A DNA stretch of 64,000 nucleotides from Heterodontus francisci (lineage: Eukaryota). The translations under genes were made by a program, and so were the position numbers. The stretch is taken from positions 11,250,550-11,314,549 of the forward strand of contig NC_090404.1 in assembly GCF_036365525.1 (NCBI RefSeq), in the 5' to 3' direction. Shown one piece after another: positions 49,101-61,588 of this stretch; the stretch's first letter is position 1; each line of letters begins with the position of its first letter. The notes under the pieces were generated by a model. It saw only the letters and a list, made by a program, of their open reading frames with translations. It was not told the origin of the DNA and searched no databases.

Positions 49101-51702
49101 CTAATTGCTCTGAGAGACGCTTTGATCTCTGATTGATGTGAGAGAATGTTTCATCTCTAATTGTCCTGAGAGACAGTTTGATCTCTAATTGACCTGAGAG
49201 ATAGTTTGATCTCTAATTGACCGGAGACACAGTTTGATCTCTAATTGACCTGAGAGACAGTTTGGTCTCCAATTGATCTGAGAGACAGTTTGATCTCTAA
49301 TTGATCTGAGAGTCAGTTTGATCTCTAATTGATCTGAGAGATAGTTTGATCTCTCATTGACCTGAGACACAGTTTGATTTCTAATTGATCTGAGAGACAG
49401 TTTGATCTCTAAATGATCTGAGAGACAATTTGATCTCTAATTGACCGGAGACACAGTTTGATGTCTCATTGACCTGAGACACAGTTTGATTTCAAATTGA
49501 CCTGAGAGGCAGTTTGATCTCGAATTCATCTGAGCGACAGCTCGATCTCTAATTAACCTGAGAGACGGTTTGATCTCTAATTGATCCGAGAAACAGTTTG
49601 ATCTCTAATTGATCTGAGTGACAGTTTGATCTCTGATTGATGTGAGAAAATGTTTCATCTCTAATTGACCTGAGAGACAGCTGATCTCTGATAGATCTGA
49701 GAGATGGTTTGATCTCTAATTGATCTGAGAGACAGTTTGATCTCTAATTGATCTGAGAGACAGTTTGATCTATAAATGATCTGAGAGACACTTTGATCTC
49801 GAATTGATCTATGAGACAGTTTGAGCTCTAATTGATCTGAGAGTCAGATTGATCTCTAATTGACCTGAGAGACAGTTTAATCTCTAATTGATGTGAGAGA
49901 TGATTTGATCGCTAATTGACCTGAGAGGATGTTTGATCTCGAATTGATCTGAGTGACAGTTTGATCTCCAATTAATCTGAGAGATAGTTTGATTTCGAAT
50001 TGATCTGAGACACCGTTTGATCTCTAATTGACCTGAGAGACAGTTTGATCTCTAATTGATCTGAGAGACAATTTGACCTCGAAATGATCTGAGAGACAGT
50101 TTGATCTCTAATTGACCTAAGAGGCCGCTTGATCTCTAATTGATCTGAGACACAGTTTAATCTCTAATTGATCTGAGAGACAGTTTGATCTCTAATTAAC
50201 CTGAGAGACATTTTAAGCTCCAATTGATCTGAGAGACAGTATGATCTCTAATCAAACTGAGAGACAGTTTGATCTCTAATTGCTCTGAGAGACACTTTGA
50301 TCTCTAATTAACCTGAGAGACATTTTAAGCTCCAATTGATCTGAGAGACAGTATGATCTCTAATCAAACTGAGAGACAGTTTGATCTCTAATTGCTCTGA
50401 GAGACACTTTGATCTCTAATTAACCTGAGAGACATTTTAAGCTCCAATTGATCTGAGAGACAGTTTGATCTCTAATTAACCTGAGAGACATTTTAAGCTC
50501 CAATTGATCTGAGAGACAGTATGATCTCTAATCAAACTGAGAGACAGTTTGATCTCTAATTGCTCTGAGAGACACTTTGATCTCTGATTGATGTGAGAGA
50601 ATGTTTCATCTCTAATTGTCCTGAGAGACAGTTTGATCTCTAATTGATCTGAGAGATAGTTTGATCTCTAATTGATCTGAGAGACAATTTGACCTCTAAA
50701 TGATCTGAGAGACAGTTTGATCTCTGATTGACCTGAGAGGCAGCTTGATCTCTAATTGATTTGAGACACAGTTTAATTTCTAATTGATCTGAGAGACAGT
50801 TTGATCTCTAATCAAACTGAGAGACAGTTTGATCTCTAATTGCTCTGAGAGACACTTTGATCTCTGATTGATGTGAGAGAATGTTTCATCTCTAATTGTC
50901 CTGAGAGATAGTTTGGTCTCTAATTGATCTGAGAGACAGTTTGATCTCGAATTGTTCTGAGAGACAGTTTGATCTCTAATTAACCTGAGAGACAGTTTGA
51001 TCTCTAATTCATCTGAGAGACAGTTTGATCTCTAATTCATCTGAGAAACAGCTTGATCTCTTATTGATCTGAGAGAAAGTTTGATCTCTAATTGACTGGA
51101 GACACAGTTTTATCTCTAATTGACATGAGAGACAGATTGATCTCTAATTGATCTGAGAGTCGGTTTGATCTCTAATTGACCTGAGAGACAGTTTCATCTC
51201 TAATTGATCTGAGAGACAGTTTGATCTCTCATTTATCTGAGAGACAGTTTCATCTCTAATTGACCTGACAGACATATTGATCTCTAATTGACCTGAGAGA
51301 CAGTTGGATCTCGAACTGATCTAAGAGACAGTTTGATCTTTAATTAACCTGAGAGACAGTTTGATCTCTAATTAATCTGAGAGACAGTTTGATCTCTAAT
51401 TAATCTGAGAGACAGTTTGATCTCTAATGACCTGAGAGACAGTTTGATCTCTAATTGATCTGAGAGATGATTTGATCGCTAGTTGACCTGAGAAACAGTT
51501 TGATCTCGAATTGATCTGAGAGACTGTTTGATCTCTAATTGATCTGAGAGATAGTTTGATCTCGAAATGATCTGAGAGACAGTTTGATCTCCAATTAACC
51601 TGAGAGTCAGTTTGATCTCCAATTGATCTGAGAGACAGTTTCGTCTCTAATTAACCTGAGAGACAGTTTGATCTCTAATTACACTGAGAGACAGTCTAAT
51701 CT
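37190..51702. repeat. Satellite array, 28-bp monomer GATCTCTAATTGATCTGAGAGACAGTTT, roughly 500 copies, with higher-order duplication
   Basis: Continuous 28-bp periodicity with diverged edges. Near-identical spurious ORFs recur at offsets of 2212, 2044 and 1624 bp. Confidence 0.97.
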
Positions 51703-52079
51703 GCCTGTTCAGCTCGCTGCCTCTCTCACTCCCCCTTTCTCTCTCAAACACTCTCTGTATCTCCCCTCCCTCCCTCAGTAACATGTGAAGCGGCTTCATC
51801 CATCCTACAAGGAGGGGGTTATTCAGACTGTCCTGAATGTGTTGTTTCCTTTGTGAAATACAGTTCCACAGACTCCATTCATTCGGTAAGAAAAGGATTT
51901 TCCTGGATTCGAACACTCAGCGCCAGGTCTGACCCTTTAGAGGGTCACTATTACAAAGGAACAGCATACTCCTGAATTCTCCCCATAAGCAGGATGGGCA
52001 CTTGCTGATCTTTAAATAACTGACATGTCCAGATTTGAACTGCTGGCAAAGGGAGCAGCGGATCAACAAGTTACATCCT

Positions 52080-52182
52080 TAAATAAAAACTAGAAATGCT
52101 GGAACCACTCAGCAGGTCTGGCAGCATCTGTGGAAAGAGAAGCAGAGTTAATGTTTCGGGTCAGTGACCCTTCATTGGAAGT
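52080..52182 (-). mobile_element. Penelope-like terminal fragment with probable target-site duplication (AAGTTACATCCTT / AAGTTACCTCCTT)
   Basis: Reverse complement of the 35841 and 58488 motif, flanked by near-identical 13-mers. Confidence 0.65.
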
Positions 52183-54464
52183 TACCTCCTTTCATCGGGT
52201 GAGCAATATCCAGTTCCAGCCAACAGAAGAGCAGCAAACAGACGTGACTGAGGCTTTAACTGGACGTCGCTGAGTTGAAGATGCCGACGGTTCAATGTCT
52301 TCGCTCAGTTTGTGTTCTTCTGGTGTGAACTGTGTGCCATTTTCTTATTGACATTTCAATTACAAGTATGTATTACTCGGTACCAGCGAATCTACTGCCC
52401 ATCATTCTGGCGCTGCTAACATGTAGTCTGTAGTCTGGGAAACGCTCTGTTGGAGCAGGACAACAGATCCTCGCCCCACTGTACTGCCGATGTAATAGCA
52501 AACAGGGAACCGCGGCAGCAATCTCTAAACCAGGGCAGGCAAGGAAGGTCAGAGAGAGAGAGAGGGGGAAAACTGAAGCTATTGATGGGTTTGAACCAGT
52601 TTGAGCTACCTCAAGATTCTGTGCGACCCCAGAAATTGCACAGTGACGCTCACATGAACTCAGTGTTGATTGAGTGGAAAGGGAGTTGGTTGGATGCCAG
52701 AATTCTGTTGCCAGGCAGCTCCTGCTCACTGTTCAAGTGACTGCGAACAAATAACTTGCGAGGGAAATGAAAAGACTGGAAGTATAGGAATATACAGCAT
52801 CGAATGATGCCATTCGGCCCATCATACTGCACAGGCTCTTTGAAAGATCCTTAGTTTTACTCTCCATGCTCTTTCCACAACTGGACAGCCCTGCATTTTT
52901 CTCCATTTGATAACATATACACTTTCTCCTTTGAAAATTACAACTGACTCTCCTTCCTCCACCCTTTCAGGCAGTGCATTCCAAATCATGAAAATCGCAC
53001 TGTCAAAAATAAACCTCCTCTCCTCTGTCGTTTTGTCAATTCCTGTAAATCTGGAACCGTTGGATATCAAATGTCGTGCCATTGGAAACAGTTACACACG
53101 ATCTACTCTATCAAAACCCCATATTTTAAACTCACAATTAAATCTTCCTTAATCTTTGATATCAGGAGAACAATTTCAGCTTCCCGAACATCTCATCCCT
53201 GGTACAAGTCTATTAAATCTCCTCTGCACCTTGGCAAGTTCATGAAAACCTCAAAAAAGCAGGGATTGAAATAACATCTATCATTCATTATTTCCCTTTA
53301 AGGTTGGTTACAAGGATTCGTGGATTCTTAAAATTGGCTTTGCAATAATGTGAGTATGATTCATATTCTTAAAAATAATAGTCCTTGATCTGATAGTTTA
53401 AACTCGCTGGACATTAGGACCCTGCGGCAGCCCACTCGGTGGTGCTGAAAGGTCGATTAAACCATTAGCCATGTTTGCGTGTGCGGCTCTGCTCCCAAGG
53501 TCCCCCTTTGCACTGAGCAGACCTTTCCCAGCTCCCTGCCAGTTTTCCTTTGACAGGTTTTATTTGATCAGAGTGTGTTGCTAGCTCAGAGACAGTTTAT
53601 ACACATTGAACTGATTTCACAAGGCAGTAACTGTGATATTTATGTAAGTCCCAAGCACAGAGTTCCCCCAATGTCCATTGTCCTTCGACTGTCTCTTCAT
53701 TCTCTGTCACTGCAACTGGAAACTCTGAATATTACAGACCTGGAAAACAATTATTACTGAATTCAAACATCATTTTAACTACAAACCACAGAAGGAAAGG
53801 GTACAGGAAGCATGTGTTTAAATGACAGGGAGAGTTTATTCTTTATGTATATTCTGTATATCTGCCTGGACATTGACAATGTCACTGGACTGTCTCATAT
53901 TGTAACCTGACCCTCAGTTGCTGGACTGAGGGAAGCTGCCGGGTCTGAGGCTCCGTCCTTCAGATCAGATGTTTAACCAATGCCCCGCCAGCCCATTCAG
54001 GGAGATGTTAAAGAATCCCCGACACGATTCTCCCGGTGTCCTGGGCCCATATTCCACCCTCAACAAACACCACCCAATAAAAACACATGGAGCGACCTCC
54101 CAGCTCATTACTGTGGGGGAAAGGAGGGCGGTAGCTTCTACTGACAGAACAACTCCCCCGGCCCCACCCCCTGTACATCAGACTAATGTGGGAGGGGATT
54201 TCAAATCGGGCTCACAGACCCAATGAAACAACAGAAAACTGCAGGTTCCCTCTTTAAACCTGTCGCTTATTCACAACACGCACACAGCCAGAGAACCAGG
54301 AACCGTGCGGCCCATCAATGATCTCCGGGACACTGCCCTCTGCAAATCATCTCGACCCCCTGAAGTATCTCAGTCCAGCTCTGAGGTCCAGTCTCCCAGA
54401 GCGGTCCAGGGCTGCAGTCTCCAACTCCCCGCCATATAAACCATCAGCTCCAGGCAGCAGAACG

Positions 54465-54937
54465 ATGGATCTTCCTTGTTTTCACCTCGTGAGTACCGAT
54501 CAAACAAACCGACATTGTGTGGATTTAATATCAACTGCCCGAGTCCATCCGAATTACAGACACTGTCTGGGGTTGTAGCCTCGTTGTGTGGTTCGGCTCT
54601 GATGGTCCATTAAACTCTCTCTGTTTAATTTCCAGACTCTTTCAGTCAGTCAGTGACACAGATCCCGGCAGCGGTGACCAGGAAGGAGTGTCAGTCTCTC
54701 ACCATCACCTGTGTTTACAATGGTGGTTATTGGGATTATACTTTCCTAAATGGACATTTCTTCAGACAAACCCAGACCAGGACACAGCGGGAGCGGATCT
54801 CCAGCGGAGGCCGATTTGATGTGATTTGAATAAGGCAGAAAATACATTGTGGCTGGAAATTCACCTATTACTGAAAAGCTAAATACAGGTACAAGAACAC
54901 ACAGTGATGGGCGTCGGCTTCCCGTGGTACAAGATCT
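54465..54937 (+). pseudogene. NAR-TCR V pseudogene, cluster 3 (leader 54465-54488, V exon 54636-54899, RSS 54900-54937)
   Basis: Leader shortened to 24 nt (phase lost). V reads SFSQSVTQIPAAVTRKECQSLTITCVYNGGYWDYTFLNGHFFRQTQTRTQRERISSGGRFDV, then a frameshift, an FR3 deletion and second Cys changed to TGA. RSS CACAGTG-22-ACAAGATCT. Confidence 0.92.
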
Positions 54938-55254
54938 CCCACTGCAGATTATCACAGAAACAAATGAAAAAGCGGAGTTAATCTGCCGTTAAACCCCATA
55001 GTTCCACCTCGCACCGTCTCCCCCACTGTCTAGTTTATAATGAAACTGGATTATTGCCATTAACATCTTGAGTCTTCTAAATGCCGAGTGTGTGCGGATG
55101 GTGATGTCATTCCCGGGATTGGTGTCAGTAAATGGGAATAACTGATCCCAGTTACAAATCCCTAACACCAGATGGGAACCTGATCTAACAGCTGGAACCG
55201 GGAGGCACATTCCCCACCATTAAACTAATGTCCCCACATCTCACCAAGTACCGG

Positions 55255-55325
55255 GGGATTTGTGTTGACTTGAAACATTTTGTTTAGTTGGGGAGGCCAC
55301 AGTGGGAGAGAACAGAGCAAAGATC
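55255..55325 (+). pseudogene. NAR-TCR D segment, cluster 3 (coding 55283-55297, TTTAGTTGGGGAGGC), RSSs damaged
   Basis: GGGATTTGT-12-CATTTTG (broken heptamer); CACAGTG-12-GCAAAGATC (weak nonamer). Confidence 0.82.
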
Positions 55326-55649
55326 TCAGTATATTTTTTGAAAAATTCCCCGGGCCCTGATCCTGAATTGAAGGGTTGATGTTATTCTCGCTCTAATCTG
55401 GTTTAATGTAATTATAATTTCCTCCTTTCTGTTATCTTTTTCTGTCTTTTTTCTCTCTTTATATGAAGCGCCGAGCTCCGGCCCATGTTCCTGGGCCATT
55501 TCACTAAGAGCTCAGAGTCTCACAAAGAACAGTTTGATCCCAACGAAGAATGTGAAACATGGAATATTGTTTATTGAAATAAAATCACTGGAATAATTGG
55601 ACAGCGACGACAGTCTGGTGATGTGTGACCGACAGAATGAGGTGTCGGT

Positions 55650-55741
55650 TGTTTTTGTACCGGGGTGACTGAGAGCGGTGTCACTGTGTTACGAGTCTAG
55701 AGACGTGGATGGATCAGGGACTGCGGCGACTGTCACAGCCG
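55650..55741 (+). other. NAR-TCR J segment, cluster 3 (23-RSS 55650-55688, coding 55689-55741)
   Basis: TGTTTTTGT-23-CACTGTG; YESRDVDGSGTAATVTA; GTAAGT donor. Confidence 0.9.
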
Positions 55742-55790
55742 GTAAGTGACTCCAAATCCCGATGCGTTACAGACTTTTCTAACCTTTGCC

Positions 55791-55827
55791 AGTTCTGATG
55801 AAAGGTCGCAGACCTGAAACGTTAACT
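55791..55827 (+). ncRNA. Minimal type I hammerhead ribozyme motif in a Penelope-like terminal repeat
   Basis: AGTT-CTGATGA-A-AGGTC(gca)GACCT-GAAA-C-GTT-AACT: stem I AGTT/AACT, stem II AGGTC/GACCT, loopless palindromic stem III. Confidence 0.65.
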
Positions 55828-57034
55828 TTGCTTCTCTCTCCACAGATGCTGCCAGACCTGCTCAGTAATTCCAGCATTTTTTTGCTTTTACTTCAGATTT
55901 CCAGCATCTGCAATATTTTGCTTTTAATTAACATTTCAGGTGGTGTGATCTGTATAATCCTGGCAGAGATCAATTTTTACAGACAGATGCTGCGGGATAA
56001 TTCCTGGGGTTTTGCTGCCATCTGATGGAATAAATCAGAATTTTTCTCCAGCAATTTTTCCTTCAATTGGAGAACTGTTGTTTGCGAATTTCTTCTGTGC
56101 GACATTCAGATGGATCCAACACCAAAACGGTCTGGCAATTCAATAGTTGTATTTAGCACAAAACTAAGCACATTTAATAACGCCAGACTGCTCAAAAAAA
56201 TATTACTCGCTAAAGCAATAGATACAATTTAAGTGACATGGACACGTTCCCTCTGCGAGCAGCATTAATACAGAGAGAATCCAACAGGAGGGAGATTGTT
56301 AACGATGCGTGCGAGAGGACAGAGTGTGATCCAGTGATCTTCACTCAGCCTCCACACTGAACAACTTCTCTATAATTTCAACTCCGTTTTCACTCCTCTC
56401 TCTCTCCCTCCTCTAAGCTCACTGCCCTCCGTTCCTCCCTAAATCTCTCTCCTGACATCTAAACTCTCCTGGCCATATTTCCACCCAGCCCCAGACCTTC
56501 CCCCCTGCCCTTTCTCCCTGAGTCAGGACTCGCTTTAAACCTGTTACATCTCTAAACTTTATCCAGTTCTGAAGAAAGGCCACTCACTTGAAATATTATC
56601 TCTGTTTCTCTCTCCAGATTTGCTGCCAGACCTGCTGAGGATTTCCAGCATTTTCTGTTTTCATTTCAGATTTCCAGCACCTGCAGTGAATTCAAATGCT
56701 TGCCCAATCATATCCGGGTAGCTGCCATTTGACCCGGTTCCCCAGGGAAAGAGGCTTCACTCAGGAGACCGCCACATGGCAGAGGGACCATTACAGACAG
56801 ATTCAGCTTGGACTCTCCCATACCTCGGGGACAGGTTCTGAGACACAGAAAACTGTTACCTGGAAGGTGACTCACGCTGGGCTGGGTGGAGCGTGGTTTG
56901 AGTGACAGACCTTATGCTATATCAGGACTGGTCTGAGACATTACACGCTCTTTTGCTCCTGGAATAGACAGATACAGTCAGGTTGGTGAAGGTCCCTGGT
57001 TTTAAACTCTATCTTGCTCAACAGGTATTTTAAA

Positions 57035-57260
57035 TGTGTTGTGGGACTGTGTGAGTTTGTCTGTGTCTCAGAACCGTGTACTGGGACTGTGCGGTTTCGT
57101 CTCTGAACCGTGTTGTGGAACTGTGTGAGTTTGTGTCTCTCTGAATTGTGTTGTGGAACTGTATGAGTTTGTGTGTGTCTGAACTGTATTGTGGGACTGT
57201 GTGAGTTTGTGTGTGGCTGAACCGTGTTGTGGGACTGTGTGAGTTTGTGTGGCTCTGAAC
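57035..57260. repeat. 38-bp minisatellite, about 6 units
   Basis: Unit approximately CGTGTTGTGGGACTGTGTGAGTTTGTGTGTGGCTGAAC. Confidence 0.85.
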
Positions 57261-57844
57261 ATATTTTGCCCACTCTCCCGGACCCCCTGTCAATCACCCC
57301 ACTCGCAATTTCTCGCCAGTCTTGTTACCCTCTATGAACAGGCATCCCCCTCCCCTCCCCCATCGTATCATTACCCTACTCAAGTGACTTTGAGCAATAG
57401 TGGAGACCGGGTGGTTGTGAACTTGTCGCGCGTTTCACATCTCTCCCTTGTTTTTACATCACGCGAGTAAAACCTGGGAGAGATGGAAATCAAGTTCCCG
57501 GTTCATTATCACCTGTACAACACTCATGGCACTGAGTCCAAATCTCTCCCAGTGAGAGGTACCGAGACACAGAAACCAGAGATCCAGGGAGAAGGACAGA
57601 ACTGAGTGAGAGAGAAATAAACAGAGAGGGAGGAACCAGTGACAGGAACTGAGAGCAGAGGGCAGAGATACCGAGAAATTGATAGAGAGAGGGAATGTCT
57701 GAAAGAGATGGAGTGAGAGAGAAAAGATTAAGAATTTTTAGAAATATAGAGATACCGCGATATGAAGGATGTCGAGATATAGAGATATTTCTCTCTGGAA
57801 GAAGCTTTTATCCAAGGTTTCTTCTTGCCAAACTCTCTCTCTCT

Positions 57845-58590
57845 CTCAGTAGTATACTGTATTCGCTGCTCACAGTGTGGTCTCCTCTACAATGGGGAGA
57901 CCAAGCGCAGACTGCGTGACCACTTTGCGGAACATCTCCACTCAGTTCACAAGCAGGACCCTGAGCTTCCGGATGCTTGCCATTTCAACACTGCCCCCTG
58001 CTCTCATGCTCACATCTCTGTCCTGGGATTGCTGCAGTGTTCCAGTGAACATCAACGCAAGCTCGAGGAACAGCATCTCATTTACTGATTAGGCACACTG
58101 CAGCCTGCCAGACTGAACATTGAGTTCAATAATTTCAGAGCATGACAGCGCCCCATTTTACTTTCATTTTTAGCTATTTTTCTTTCTTTCTTTTTACATT
58201 CTTTTTTACATTTTTTACAATCTTTTTTTTGCATTTATTTCATTTCATCTTAGTTTGTTCAGTTTGCTTACTCACTGTTTTTTTTCAGATTTGCACTTGC
58301 TGCTGTTCAATATTCAGTGTATTAACACCTAATCTGCACTAATGCTTTGTCTTTCAACACACCATTGCCTTTGCTCCGTGACCGTTTGGTCAGCTATGCG
58401 GCCTGGTCCAATCTGGACTTCCTTTGTTACCTCGTGCCCCACCCCCACCTCACTTGCTTATAACCTGTGACTTTTCTAATATTTGTCAGTTCCGATGAAT
58501 GGTCACTAACCCGAAACGTTAACTCTGCTTCTCTTTTCACAGATGCTGCCAGACCTGCTGAGTGGTTCCAGCATTTCTTGTTTCTATCTC
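57845..58590 (+). mobile_element. Penelope-like element 3' fragment (GIY-YIG endonuclease plus terminal repeat with hammerhead-like motif at 58488-58524)
   Basis: ORF 57825-58088 VVYCIRCSQCGLLYNGETKRRLRDHFAEH...HFN...RKLEEQHLI*LGTLQPARLNIEF is a PLE GIY-YIG domain. Confidence 0.88.
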
Positions 58591-59089
58591 TCTCTCTCTG
58601 CATCGACATGTTGCAGCTTCTATAAAATTTCCTCAGAGAAAGCAAAACGAAACTTTGGTAAAAAGAAAAGACTTTAAAAAAACACAGCGAGATGCCAGAA
58701 TTCCTTTTCTCTCTGTCATTCACTAACATGGGCAATCTTGCAACACCATTCCCCGCTACAAACAGGGAGCAGATTTAAAATGCAAGAGGGGTTATTAGAT
58801 GCTGAGATCTTTCCCATTGTCATGTTAATCCAGGTACAATGTCTGCTTTGACCAGAAACATTCCAGGGAGCTGCTTTTTGATCTGTGAAGTTATTTCTAC
58901 AAGACCATTGTTGAGAATATTTGCTGCATCTTTCAGCAAATCAACAGGAGGAGAGTGACATGACCAGGCCCCAGACTGTCCAGAAGCAGCCAAGCTCTCT
59001 TTAAAACTGACATTAAGGTGCTATGTCCTCTCCTGTTTACTGCCCCTGTACTCACTCAAGCCATGTTTGGTGTTTTGTACATCCAATGT

Positions 59090-60290
59090 TACAGTGGGTA
59101 GGAGCTGCTGATTCCTTTTAATATCACTGCCCCATGATTTATTTTTGCAGATCAGTCCGTCTGGAAGATGGGAGCAGGGCAATGCTGATACTGGAGATCC
59201 CCACATCCTGTGTCTCTACATACCCCTGCGCCTCTGTCTTTTTCCCTCTATCTCTCCTTCCTCTTTCTCTCTCTGCCATTTCTCACATTCAGAGACAAAT
59301 ATAGAGAGAGACAGAGAGAGAAATCCACAATCTGAAACTCAGTAACATGAGTTAAACTGGCTGCTGCAGATTGCATTTAACCCTCAAAATTCATTGCACT
59401 GCCTAAAACATGAGTATTAGTCAGGAATTAGAACTGACCTTGTGAAAGCAGTCCTGACCTGGTGAAATTAGACAATGAATTAATTTTTGGAACACGATCA
59501 TGGTTGCACAGTCTGAAATGCTGAACACAGCTGTACACAGCAAGATCCCACACGCAGCAATGTGATAATATTCAGATAAATGGGGGCCACTCCTTCCATC
59601 CTCTCCCGCTTATAATAATGACAAGTCACTTTTCTGTCTGACATTTTTATTATTTATTAAAATTTCAAATAGAGAAATGGAGAGTAGGCTGGGGAGAAAT
59701 AGAGAGAGACATAGAGAAATCCACAATCAAAACCTCAGTGACATGAATGGTTCATTTAACCCTCAGATTTCATTGCACTGCCTAAAAGACAAGCATTAAT
59801 CTGAAATTATAACAAACCTTTACACAGGTTCAGGACTTATTTCACATCCACCCAGTTGCTTTACAGTCAATAATTTAATTTTGAAAGTGTGGTCACTATT
59901 GCAGAAAACACTGCAGACAGTTTGTGCACAGCAAGCAGCAATGTGATTATATCCAGATGGGACATCGGCCCCATTCCTTCCCAATCCTCACACTTGCTGT
60001 AAACACATTGCCCCCCCCCCCCTCCCCCACCAATGTGTATTCCAAGTCTGGGGACATCCCCTCAGCCCCCAGAAAGGGCTAAATTCCTCATTAAACTGGG
60101 AAGAAGCTGCTGATCCCTTTGGGAGACTTTTTAAAATCACCGCACCTGGATTTATTTTGGCAAATCAGACCATGTGGAAGGATGTGACTGAGGGGCCAAT
60201 CTGCAGATGCTGGGAGCTCACACTGGAGACCCCCAGATCCATCCCCTGCCTCTCTGTATTGGTCTCTCTCCCACTGTTTCACTCATTCTC
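59090..60290. repeat. Local diverged duplications upstream of the ZNF ORF (~59100-59220 vs ~60100-60260; ~59310-59580 vs ~59705-59960)
   Basis: Shared strings such as GAGAAATCCACAATC...CATTTAACCCTCA...TTCATTGCACTGCCTAAAA. Confidence 0.6.
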
Positions 60291-60317
60291 TTCTCTCTCT
60301 CTCTGTCTCTCTCTCCT

Positions 60318-60356
<39 letters not shown>

Positions 60357-61588
60357 AGTTGTGATCCATATCAGAACCAATGACATAGATAGAAAGAGGG
60401 ATGTGATCCTCCAGCCAGAGTTTCGGGAACTAGCTAAGAAATTATCAAGCAGGACCTCAAAAGTATTAAACTCTGGATTACACCAGTGCCACGCACAAGT
60501 GAGTACAGGGATAGAAGGGTAAGACAGAGGAATGTGTGGCTGGAAAGTTGGTGCAGGAGGGAGGGCTTCAGATTCTTCGGACATTGGGACCAATGAATGT
60601 CCGCAGATCCCTGAAGGTAGCAAGACAGGTCAATGAGATCATTGTGAAAGCACATGGAATCCTTCCCTTTATTAGCCACGATATCGAATATAAGAGTAGG
60701 AAGGTTATGTTAGCCACAACTTGAGTACTGTGTGCAGTTCTGGTCACCTCATTACAGAAAGATACAAAGGAGATTTACGATGATGTTACCAGGACTGGAA
60801 AGCGACAGACCAAATGCTGGAAGCTGGGATTAGGCTAGGTGGATTGTTTTTCTGGCCGGCGCAGACACGATGGGCCAGATGGCCTCTTCCTCGAATTTTA
60901 TATTTGGATGATGTGGTGACGATTTTTCCGCTTGTCAATGAATCCAAATCTCGGGGCCATGAATACAGTTACTGATAAATCCAATAGGGAAATAAGGAGA
61001 GATTTCTTTACTCAGATAGTGGGTAGAACATGGAAGTGGTTGCGGCAAATAGTTGAGATGCTCTCAAAAGGAAACAAGGTGAATACACGAGAGTAAAGTG
61101 AATAGAAAGGTCTGTTGAAAGGCTGAAATGAGGTAGATGGAATGGGAGCAGACACGTGAGGTGCATAAACACCTGTACAGACGAATTGGACTGAATGGCC
61201 TGTTTGTGTACAGTGTATTCTATGTCATTCAATGTAATCTCCTTTTACAGGGGATTGGAAGGGGAGGATTTGCAAATGACAAAGTCAAACCAAACATCTC
61301 GTTAAGTTCTGACAGAGTTACTGGATTCATCAGGACCTGAATATCATCGTCCCTTGAATGTGGAAGGAGAAATGCTTGTCTGTTCTGTCTGTGGGAAAAA
61401 ATTTCAAACATCAGTGTATCTGGAAAAGCAGCGAGACAGACCCGAGTGAGAGTGAGAGTGTTCCAGTGCAGTGACTGTGGAAAGAGCTTTAAACAGTTAC
61501 ACAGTCTGAAAAAACATCACCCCACTCACAACGGGGAGAAACTGTACTCGGGTCTGTGTGTCCACAAGGCTTCAACTGATCGTCCAGC

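Noticed and set aside
38100-49500. CACAGTT heptamer-like words in satellite variants as cryptic RSSs
   Set aside because: No nonamer-like sequence at 12 or 22/23 nt.
37190-51702. Satellite as a CRISPR array, or its ORFs (e.g. 41092-41514) as repeat proteins
   Set aside because: Monomers are contiguous with no unique spacers, there are no cas genes, and the context is vertebrate. The ORFs are stop-free runs of variant monomers.
51837-51892. ATG...G/GTAAGA as a V leader exon
   Set aside because: The peptide (MCCFLCEIQFHRLHSF) is not signal-like and no V exon follows.
52370-52730. ORF 52373-52729 or a leader in the duplicated promoter block
   Set aside because: Non-coding paralogue of ~1000-1330; no convincing leader or V exon remains.
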